Source: Octopus vulgaris (lineage: Eukaryota). Taken from it: a stretch of 64,000 nt of DNA. Both the position numbers and the translations under genes were made by a program. Of this stretch, positions 52,875-64,000 are shown in pieces. The stretch covers positions 43,710,001 through 43,774,000 of the forward strand of contig OX597824.1 of the NCBI GenBank assembly GCA_951406725.2. The letters are read 5' to 3'. The notes beneath the pieces are model-generated. The model saw nothing but the letters and a program-made list of their open reading frames with translations, had not been told where the DNA came from and ran no database searches. Positions within the stretch are counted from its first letter, which is position 1, and every line of letters begins with the position of its first letter.

Positions 52875-54424
52875 ATGTGTGTGTGTACCTGTGTCTGTGT
52901 GTGTACCTGTGTCTGTGTGTACCTGTGTCTGTGTGGATAGCAGAGATGATAAAGATTGACTTCCATAGTAGAATTTATATTGATCTAATAATCTTAATCT
53001 CAGAGAGGTCAGTCAATTACTGTTCAACTCCAATACTGAACATCATTTTTAGTTTGCCACCAAGGCTAAGCTAGTAATTCTTGTATATATCATATAAAAG
53101 ATCTTGTAAGAGAATAAACAATTATTTTTTTAACAAGTACCTGCTTGCTTTTTATTTATTGTTTATTTTTATGTCTGCTGAGTAAAAGCATCACCACATT
53201 CATTTTCTAAATAATCTTATTTTTCTAAACCAACCAGTGTACAATCTTGTACTTTGTGAATTTTCTATCACTTCTTCAGCAAGTACAGTAAAGTTTGTGC
53301 TTCACTGGTGAGGATATCATGTGACCAAAATATATGAGTGGTCTCTCATATTTGCTTCAGTAATTTAAAACAATATTGACTAATATTTTTTCCTCAATGC
53401 ACTATTATTTCCAGATGGTTATTTTTAATGCTACTTACATTAAATATGTTAATACTAAGTGTTGTTTTCATGCAGATGACATCTCTGAGTTATTTAGTTT
53501 CAAGACAGTTCTATTCTCCTAAGCCATAATTGTACTATTTTGTACATTTTAGGGATTCTTCCATCTTTACTGCAGCAAGTGAAGTTTATGCTTTGCTGAT
53601 GAGTTCATAATAAGACCAAACAGCATTTTCTCTTGTATATGCCACAATAATTAAAATATATTAATCATTGTGTATTGTTAGTTGTCATCACCACATAATT
53701 ATTTCTAGTTATCTTTTGGATACTTCTGATATTAATTTTGTAAACACTAACTTCTGTATCTAAATTTTGTTTGGATTTGAAAAGAATTACTTAAAAAACA
53801 CTGCTTTGAACTGATAGAAAAGATCTTTATTGAGAGAAACATTTAGAGTCATATAGATGCCCTGTATAAACATTAAATATGCTTAAACAATCAGACTTCA
53901 TTAAAATTATAATACAGTTAAACAAGATCCACATTTCACAGATTTTATAGGTTTTATAAAATTAGGTAAATCTTAGGTCAAAAAGTCAAGTAAACCTTAT
54001 TTAAGTAATATTAAATCTAATTATGGATGTCTATCAGATTTCAAAAATTCTAGAAGAATTTTAAATTATTGTTTGTTTTGTTTTTTAAGAAAATGATAGA
54101 GAAATTCATTTTTCTGCTTCAGTTTAGTTGATTTATAATTTTTACATAAATAAACTGAATGTTCCATGATTAAAAGATTAAACTCTCAATGATAAATAAC
54201 TCAAAAAGGCAAGTTTTCTAATGTGAGATAGTGCATTGAAGTGTTTTATGTGGTGACTGGAAATACAGAGATCTGGTATGGCTTTGTGATTAAGATGTTT
54301 TCTTTGTAACCATGAGTTTCTGGTTTAAGTCCCACCTTACTGCATGTTTAGCAAGTATCTTTTATCATTGTGTCAGGTTGACCGATATCTTATGAGTGGA
54401 ATTTGGAAACCATGTTTAACCTTG

Positions 54425-54477
<53 letters not shown>

Positions 54478-55371
54478 AATGAAGTCCACTGAGTTATAAG
54501 CTCTTCCATATTAGTCTCATTGTCAGAAACACAGTAAACCAATGAGTAGCTCACTGGAAAGCTATAATCGATAGTGCTATTGTTTTTTTAAAAACAATAT
54601 ATTTTTAAACATCTATCGCTAATACCTGATTTGATTAATTTACATAACAAGCTGAAAGATCCTTTGCAGATATTGAAATAGAATTTCAACTTTAAATTTT
54701 AATGAACTTCAAAGGCAAGAGGTTAGATATAAAAAATAATTATTTCAACGATATCTAAATATGTGAATTTATAAAAGCAATTGTAATTATGCTACCAAGG
54801 AAAAAAAATTAAAATAAATAAAATGCTCATAAAATTATAATAATAATGATAACAATTATTGTTAAATAAGAATTTTTCTATTATTTAATGTGATAAACTT
54901 TTTAGACAGTTGTAAGCTATTCCTTAACACAAGGCACTTTGTTATGGGAGATACATTCATTATATTTATACTATAGGATATGAACTATATATTGAAAAGG
55001 TACACCACTATATTTTGAGTCTAAGGAAGATTTCAAAGACTTCATTTTAAGAAAGAAAGAATTAAAAAGAGAAACTAAAAGTTATAACAATGTTTTATTA
55101 ATTATTATTATTATTGGCTATCTATTTTATAGCCTCCTCCCCATCAATTGAATAATCTCCTCTAACACTCTTGATATCAAATGACAAGTGAAAAGTTATT
55201 CTTAAAACTTGTCTTGAACTATTTCCAAGTTTTGTGCAGATATGAATTATATTTCATTTGTGATAAATCCTTGGCCATCAGTTCAAATTAACTTCTTTGG
55301 AAAGCAGTGAACAATTTCACTTATTCTAAACTGAATGTTTCTTTTCCTTTATAATATTATTATTGATAATC

Positions 55372-55403
<32 letters not shown>

Positions 55404-55643
55404 AATAATAATGTCATAACTAACAAAATAATTAACTTTATCCTCAGAGCTCTTGCCTTAATATCCACCTTGTATTCAAACCTAATTCATGTACTTTGTT
55501 TTTATGGGTGTATATCATGCAATATATACCTATAAATTGAAACTGTTGCACCAACTAATCCATTTTGGTTCTATCTTAGAATTCTGCATACTGAAAAATT
55601 TATTCGCCATATATATACATATATATATATATACACACACAAT

Positions 55644-55702
<59 letters not shown>

Positions 55703-55772
55703 TTTTTATTACTGTTTTATTTCTTTACTGTAACGACAAGTAAAATTTGATACTAACATTAAACTTTCACAG

Positions 55773-55985
55773 CAAGAAGAAGAGAAACAGTGTGAAGAGA
55801 AAAGTAGAGAAGAGGCAATAGTTCGCAGTACATCAGACTATTCATGTAAAAGTGTCGAACTGCCTGCTGTCACAGTGGATGCTGCAGACAAAGGAGACTT
55901 GAGTGATCGCATGAGTATCCACTCAGAGGCAGGGAGCGATGTTAAGCGGAAGCTTAGTGTAAAGCTCTCTGGAAAAAGTAAAAGG
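55773..55985 (+). CDS. Nav1: Nav coding exon 10 (I-II linker: QEEEKQCEEKSREEAIVRSTSDYSCKSVEL...KRKLSVKLSGKSKR)
   Basis: TACTAAC branch at 55751-55757, tttcacag acceptor, AGG|gtaaga donor; open 71-codon frame; S.YSC.S.EL resembles the invertebrate Nav1 linker. Confidence 0.85.
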
Positions 55986-56555
55986 GTAAGATTTTGTAGA
56001 TTACAAATTACTTTAATCAGCAAATATGACTTTGATAGTCTGCAAAGGTTTATGTATCAATTCATGATACACCTTCACATATTCTTTTCAAAAAGCATAC
56101 CCTTTTCTGATTTTTTTTTATTCCTCTCTCGCTCACCAAATTCTTTATTTATGTTGTTTTCTTTTTAATCATTATTATTATCCGGTTTGATAAGGAATTG
56201 AAACATATTTCTTTTCTTTTAAAAAATGGAAGAGAGATCTTTAAAAAAGTAATGTTAACACAAAGTTTAACCTTGTTTGTTGGCACTTCCCACTGAAATT
56301 GAATAATTATTAAAGATAACAGGTCTGTTGCTTTATAGAAAAATCAGAAACAAAAAATGTCTTTCCAAATTGGATAGACATAAATGTTTCTGAAATAAAG
56401 AAGAAAGCAGTAGTTTGTTACACTGATGAATATACACTGCAATCACTACCACTATTATCACTATCACCAATATCATTATCTCTACTTTTGTTATTATCAC
56501 CATCACATTACTGTACATTATCATTATTATTAATGATATTTCTATTGTCATAATC

Positions 56556-56559
<4 letters not shown>

Positions 56560-56612
<53 letters not shown>

Positions 56613-56642
56613 TACTACTACTACTGCTACTACTACTACTAC

Positions 56643-56689
<47 letters not shown>

Positions 56690-56690
56690 G
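56560..56690. repeat. Compound (ATT)n(ACT)n(ATT)n microsatellite
   Basis: Seen directly. Confidence 0.95.
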
Positions 56691-56827
56691 CTCTAAATGT
56701 TTTTCTACAGCTTCTGGAAAATTACCTGCATGTATTTTTTTAGCTACTTGAAAAATGGAAATATATCTGATTTTTACTATACATTATTTCAGTATTGCAT
56801 TTTTATTAAAATGGCCAAAGCATGACA

Positions 56828-56863
<36 letters not shown>

Positions 56864-57146
56864 TACTACTACAACTACTACCTATTATCATCAACAAATA
56901 TGACCTTGTAATCAAGCAGTAACATTTAGATATAGACACAAACACATTTACACACAAATGTGTGTTGCTTGAGGATATACAATGGTACACAAGAATGGGT
57001 GCATATATGTGTTTGCATGTGTGGATATGTATGCTTAATTCACATTCAAATACTAAATACATAAATACATACATGAGTGTAAGAATTTCAATAGAATTTG
57101 TATGTGTAACCATATGTAATATATGCATATATATCTGTGTATGATG

Positions 57147-57212
<66 letters not shown>

Positions 57213-57362
57213 TTTGTGTGTAATACAATGTCAAATGATGTAGGATAATAGGTACATGCAATTAGTGCTTAAGTCAAATTTGTGCCTAAACTCCAACTTC
57301 AAATTTTTGGATGTGGTTGATGCCTAAGTGAAACTAGCTATAGGCAATGTATCAATATAGTT

Positions 57363-59122
57363 GGTGTGTGTATAACAGAACAAAAGGACAGGCAAACAAC
57401 AGGTACTGAATCAGACTTTGGCATATTCACACACCATACAAAGAAAAATCCAAAAGCATAACGGAGTATAAATAGCAGGAGGTCAGTAAAAGTTCCACTA
57501 TGTGAAGTTCTTAATAGTTGCAATGTAAACAGATAGACTCCAGGAAGAGGCAAAAGGTAAGTCTATAGTATTGATATGACATAGTTTGGAACTGAGAGAA
57601 AAATGTTGTGCAAATTTCCTTCACACTTGTTTCAAGAATGGTGCATAATTGGTACAGTTCTCTGTATGTTGCCTGCATCCTAATTTTATAGCCACCTATT
57701 CCATCTTTGGAAGGTTAATGGACTGAAACTCATTGAAGAAATGAATATAAATGAGGAGGAGCAGATTTATTAAGGTCTAAATCCAGAGAAAGATATGTAA
57801 ATAAGAAATGCTATGTGATTATATAGATAGAAGCTAGATGTACTAACAGGGGATGATATGGGAGGGATGAGACATAGAAGTGTAGTTGTGAAGTGGGGAG
57901 GATTAGGGGTTATTAGCTTGGCCAGTCTGTCAGGAGGTGGTGAAGTGTGATATAGAACCTAAAGTTAATGGGGTGTGGAGTAGGATACTAAAAGATGATA
58001 TATATAAATTCAGATGAGCTATCTGTGTGGTAGGTCTAGACCATTGGTAAAAAGTTCATATGAAGTATGCAGCAATTTATTAAATCAAAGAAAGTAGTGG
58101 TAAACAAGGATAATGTGTATGGTATAATTTATTGCATTAAGTGGTTTTATCAATAAGGATTTCAAAATATAGTTAAGAGAAATAAGAATCAAGTATTTTT
58201 TAATGTGAGGAATAGAGGAAGATATGTGGCAGTTAATGAAGGAGCCTAGTATTTATTTGGATATGCATTGTGTGAATATATTTAAGGCAGGACACTTTGA
58301 TCTGTGATAAAATTGGAAAGTTTCAAAGAATCTGAGCACAAGTGGTAATAGCTTCTCTGACAATTTGATAGGTAATGAGGTCATGCATTAAGATCTGCAT
58401 GGACTCTTTCAAGCATAAATTGCATGAGCATTATTGCTCTGATATGGCATTCCAGTATCGATGAGAGACCAAGTAATACTATATGGTATGCTATTATTCT
58501 TTATTATTTACTTATGCAGTTAGCTAGTGAGATAGATTTTTGTGTTTTTGCAGAAATAAATAAGGAGAGCTAAATATTGACACTTAAACTTAATGGTGGC
58601 ACTTCATATATAAATGTATGCCACTTACATATCTTCCTCTAGTTTTAAACCTTAATAAATCTGCCCCTCTCCATGTATGCTCACTTCTATAAATCTGCCT
58701 CTCCCTTTATATACTAATTTCTTTAGTGAGTTTCTACCCATTATCCTTCTAAAGATAGAATTGGTTGCCACAAAGATTTGGATGCAGGAAACTGCACCAA
58801 TTATGCAACAATTGTTGAAACAGCTGTCAGGATTATTCTGCACAGCATTTTCTTCTTTCAGTTTCAAGACTGTCCTTGTGATAACCTTCATCTGCATGCT
58901 AAAGTATGTCATATCAATACTATGGACTTATCTTCTGCCTTTTCTTGTTATTCTACCTGTTTACATTGCAACTTTTAAGAACTTCCCACAGTCAAATTTT
59001 TACTGGCTTCCTGATTTTTATACTCCTTTATGCATTTGTTTTTCACTAAATTTTGTATAAATATGTCATAATCTGATTCAGTACCTGTAGTTTGCTTGTC
59101 TATTCTTTTATTCTATTGCACA

Positions 59123-59130
<8 letters not shown>
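57363..59130. mobile_element. Element with ~450-500-bp diverged inverted arms, probably Penelope-derived
   Basis: 57363-57810 is the reverse complement of ~58615-59130 (e.g. caggtactgaatcaga / tctgattcagtacctg; gttgcaatgtaaacag / ctgtttacattgcaac); contains gaaacagctgtc. Confidence 0.75.

Positions 59131-59208
<78 letters not shown>
59110..59208. repeat. (CA)n microsatellite
   Basis: Seen directly. Confidence 0.95.
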
Positions 59209-59212
<4 letters not shown>

Positions 59213-60084
59213 CTATATATACATAATGGATGATTGTATGAGAATGATTGTATCAATTTAGTGAATCTACTCAAAAGTGTTAAGAAGAGTGGAATAATAT
59301 TTATTCAAATTTGAGTCAGTGTGAGTTGTTTCCTGTAGACAGTTTTGTGTATATAAACATGTTATCATAAATCCTCTGAGGATCTGGAAGAAGAAACTCA
59401 AAATAGCAACTCACACAGACTCACATATATCTATGCATGTGAGTGTGTATGGTATAATATAGTTAGTTTATACATACATACATGAATATATACCTAAATA
59501 CATATACATGCATATAAATACATACCTATGTATGTATGAATGTATGTATTTCTGGTTAGGAGAACTGTTTCCAGTCACTAAAATCTTTTTGCATGTAAAT
59601 ATCCAGTGGCACTTTATTGGCACTGCTTCTACTGTTGCTAGTTTTAACATTTAATGCTCATACTAAAATATTCAGTTAGCTACAATTACTGTTACTTATT
59701 CTAATACAGTCCATATACAATACTACCACAACAATTACAACCTTAAAGTCAAATCGATTTCATGACAGACTGCTAGATATTTATGATAGCATGGTTTTTT
59801 TTTCATCAATTTGGTTTCAGATTTATCATTCATGGAAACATGTATCTACAAATTCACAAATGCATGCATGTGCACGAGTACACACACACACACACACACC
59901 AACATCTGGGTTTTTTAAAATCAATTTTCAGAATATTAATAATATGTCTTTAAAAAATAAGAACATAGTTCTAATTAAAGTAAATAAGTTATATTGTAAA
60001 TTACATTTAAATGTTTAGAAAAAGAAATGTAAAGCCACATGAGTGTATGTATAAAGATATGTGTATATATATATATATAAATAA

Positions 60085-60135
<51 letters not shown>

Positions 60136-60874
60136 TGTGTAAGTGTATATTATTATATCATTTTTGCATTTAAAGTGAGTGTGTGTGTGTGCGTGTGCAT
60201 GTAGATGCACACACAAATATTTAAAAGGTTCTGGGACTGAGCTGAATGTATTGAACTACTAATTAAATGAATATGAGTTAAGGTTAATCAAAAAGGTTGG
60301 TAGTGATTGTTATACCTCTTACGAAGGCAAAGCATTATTTTTGTTTTTTCCACCTACATGTCTATAGTGTCTACTTTTGCTGTGTAGCTGTGTGGTTGGC
60401 ATTAGAAAGGGTAAACAGTAAATAATACACAAATATCTATATTTTCAAAAATCACCTCTCCCATGTTAGTATTGAGAAATAAATGTGCTAAACTTTGTAG
60501 GTTCTGTCCCACTGCAGAAACATGTGAATATATAAATATACACATGTACTACTTAAAAACATGCATACAGCCATGCGCACACACAAACACACATACATAT
60601 GTTCACAAGAGCTTTTATTAAATGAATTTTGTCATAAAGCTAAATTGATAATCCTCTTTCTACAATAATATTTTAGAAATCCAAACTTAAATGAAGATCA
60701 TCAGTTTCTTATGATTGTAATTATAATTAACACACACACACATAGATAAATTGGTAGATGAAGCTATTGGCAAGAATGAGAGTTTATTTTTCTAACTGAC
60801 CTGACACACACACAATGATAGCTATGTTTTCTTTCTCTTCTACTTTTGGGTCAGCTGTATCTATATCTTTCTGT

Positions 60875-61790
60875 ATAATAATAAAATAATAATGAAATTA
60901 TTGTATACAGTGCTCAGGTGCACCACAACTTGTCAAAAGTGCATAAAAAGCATATGCAGTAATGTACAAATGTCTGGGAAGTGAACAGTGTATGAGTCAG
61001 ATACATGCTTGCGTGTGTATGGAGGGGAGAAAATCAGGTGTAGTGTTGGCGAATCTCAGGAAGCATGGAAGTTTTGAAGGATGCAGTACTCCGACAACTA
61101 ACAACTGATGCTGGCAGTTTGTTCCATACTTCAGCAACTCTTAGCGTGAAAAAATGTTTCCAAAAGTCATGGGAGCTGTGCTGTTTTCTGACTTTGTAAA
61201 CATGTCCACAGGTGTTAGACAGGTGGAGTTTGAAAAGGTGCTCAGAGTTATTGTTAGTAAGATGGTTGATAATTTTATGGGTGTCTGCCAATTCAACTGC
61301 CAGATGTTGGAGTTTCAATGTATCCATGCCCAGGGAAGTAAGGCGTTCAGAATATGACAAATGCCTGATGGAGGGTATTCTCTTGGTTGCACGTTACTGA
61401 ACAGTTTCCAGACGAATATCCTGAGCAAGATAGGGGTTCCAGACCAGTGATGCAAATTCCAGGTGAGGCCACACCATAGCTATATAAAGCCTCAGATAGA
61501 TAGCCAGAGAGCAGCTCACAAAGGACTTGGTAAGTGATGCCAAGACACCCTCAGCCTTTTTAGCAATTTTTGCAATGTGTTTTGTCCAACGCAAATCACT
61601 GTCGACAATAATGCCCAGGTTGCATTCACAAGAAGACTTTTTGAGATTAGTGTTGCAGAGGGAGTAAGTAGACGCTGGGTTTTTCCTCCCAAAATGCATG
61701 GTGGTACATTTGTCCACAACCAGCTTGAGTTGCCAGTCCATGATCAACTGCTGCATTGTGTCCAGGTCTGATTGCAATAAAGATCTATAG
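60875..61790 (-). mobile_element. CR1-clade LINE 3' fragment
   Basis: QSDLD...WQLKL..KC..MHFG, LGIIVDSDL, PHLEFASLVWNP, FFTLRVAEVWNKLP; simple-repeat tail. Confidence 0.9.
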
Positions 61791-64000
61791 TGTATAGGAT
61801 ATAGAAAGCAATGTCACTGTTTGGCTCTTTTTACACACATTATGATTATATAATTTATTCCAAACTCAGATACCTACTTGTCATTTTTGACAAGCACTAT
61901 GTTAAGTGCATGTGTTGTGTGTTTGTATGAATGTATTTAGATATATTCACTTCTAGACACCAATTCATAAATAGGACAATTCGTATGTGTGTGTGTGTGT
62001 ATGCATTTGTCAGTTTATTTATTCACGTCTCAGTCAGTTCACCATTTTCTTTTCTTTATATATGAAAATGAGTTAATTTATGAGTATCTGATAAAAAAAA
62101 ATATTACTTTAAAAGAAAAAAAATTGCACCAACACAGTTTATTGATAATCTGCCTCATTGATCCAGTTAGTCCTCTGATAAATTTAGACTAAAACTTCCT
62201 TTACTAAACAAAAGATATTATTCTACTGAATTTAATTAGAAATAGCCTTGTTATTATTTCCACTGCTGGCTCAAATTAGCTAGTTCAATCTATTCAGTTT
62301 TATTATCCACATGTAGCTCTCCTTACACATTGCTGTGTTGTTTTGGGCTGAAAAGAAATACCTCTCCACTTCTTTTTTTCTTTAACTTTTTTTGTTAAAT
62401 TTATTTGCTTTTTTCTTCTTTGTAATCCATCATGTGGGAAAACAAGCAAATTTGCATGTTTTAGTCTTGCTTCATTAATTGAAAGATTGAAATAAATAAC
62501 ATCCATATTGGTTTTTATTAAATATCCTTTAGTTTGCCTTGCTGGGAGGTAGCTATCATTTCAATAATGATTATTAAATTGTTTGAAAATTGACATTGTT
62601 ATGCATTTTTGTCTTAGAGCCCAGTAATTTATGAGAGAAAATAAGGTTCTTTTGGCATTTTCTTTAGAAGTAACCTAATGACTCAGAAAATTATAAACAC
62701 ACATACACACACATTTGCAAAGGGTCCACACTTAAGCAGTAAAAATTACCTAAAATATAAATCACAAGAATTTCATTGCTATACCAGATTATCATGAAGG
62801 TGTATCAGAAAGGACTGATATTCATATAAACTATGTTTGTAATGTAAGAAATAAAGAGGAAATATAACTCCAGGAGTCAGAGAAAGCATTTATGTAATAG
62901 CTCAACCTGCCAGAAATTGCAGTCAAATCTCCTTCAAATCATACTCCATCCTCTTAAAAGATGTGACAGACTCACACTAAATAATGAAGACCTCGATGAT
63001 TCTAAAAGATATAGGATGTTTGAATGACCATGGTTAGTATGCCTTTGTCTATAATTCCTGTTTTTTGTCCTTTTGATTAGGATAGACCTGGGGGCTAACC
63101 AGCAAACATAGGAAGCCTCTCACCTATCCCAACTAGACATCTAGTAGTTAGATAGGACTAATGACCAAAGACAAAAAGGACATTGTCCAGGCTAGTAAAA
63201 CAACTAGCCAGAAAAGTTATAAGTACAACATAGTGTGTTACAAACATTTTTCACAATCATCGGTGAGTGGCCTGGTGATTTCAAAGCAAATACTATATAA
63301 ACAAAAACCTTAAGTAAGACAGAGAATGCGGAAACTTAAAAGCATCTAACTTCCAAGTCACCTCAAAGTAGTATTTATATTTTGAAATTAAAAGTCAGAC
63401 ACTGTACTTTTATAGTGAGAATCATCAAGCTACTGAGAGTTATTGCTGTTGATTAAACCTGAACAAGTAAACATATGATGAAAGATGTTCCAACAACAAT
63501 CCTTTTTGGGGATTTTTTTCTGATTTATTTATTTTGACACATAGTATATACAAAGTCACATTCTCCATTGTATTGTTTTAGACAATAAATTTGGTGGAAG
63601 GGAGATTAGGCTGCTATTTCTTGTGTGTCAAGCAATTGCTTAGAGCCCTTCCTCATTGATAATTTTTTTTCTGTCCAAGATAGGATTATTATGTATGACT
63701 GAAATGCTTGGAACAGTAAAAGAGACTTCTATGAATCCATATATCACATTACAAATTTGTGTGTGTGTGTGTACATATATATACGTGATAAGTGCCAATG
63801 TACAAAACTCTCAGCTCTTGAGTCACTTTGTTGCTTCTGCTAAATATTAAGAAAAATATATATGTATATAAAAATGTGTGTGTGTGTGTGTGTGAAGGTG
63901 TGTGGCTTAGTGGTTAGGGTATTCTCTTCGTGATCATGAGTTTAATTCCCAGCAGCACATTATGTCCTTGAGCAAGATGCTTTATTTCACATTACTCCAG

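Noticed and set aside
59371-59405. Sense-strand CUGAGGA-UCUGGAAGA-AGAAAC hammerhead-like string
   Set aside because: No stem III, cleavage triplet or stem I partner follows.

Overview
AT-rich, microsatellite- and repeat-dense eukaryotic DNA. The repeat landscape (tRNA-type SINEs, RTE/CR1/Penelope remnants, mariners) suggests a cephalopod, probably Octopus; this is inference. The window holds the 5' part of a + strand voltage-gated sodium channel alpha-subunit gene (Nav1/para-type). I can splice ten coding exons in frame from 4141 to 55985 (1488 nt, 496 codons): N-terminus, all of domain I (S1-S6, P-loop TQDYWEN) and the start of the I-II linker. The gene continues past the window. Intron 2 is a minor-spliceosome (U12) AT-AC intron with a variant branch site, and a short uORF precedes the start codon. 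The introns contain decayed mariner/Tc1 elements, RTE, CR1, Tx1/L1, R4/Dong-like and Penelope-like retroelement fragments, MITEs, a Helentron-like element and SINEs. The most notable non-gene signals are Penelope-type minimal hammerhead ribozyme motifs (one with an intact core at 1614-1670, minus strand) and several long intronic inverted repeats, including a near-perfect ~110-bp hairpin at 48922-49146, that could form dsRNA in the channel pre-mRNA. I found no evidence of a wholly new multi-gene system. Repeat boundaries are approximate unless terminal repeats or target-site duplications are quoted.
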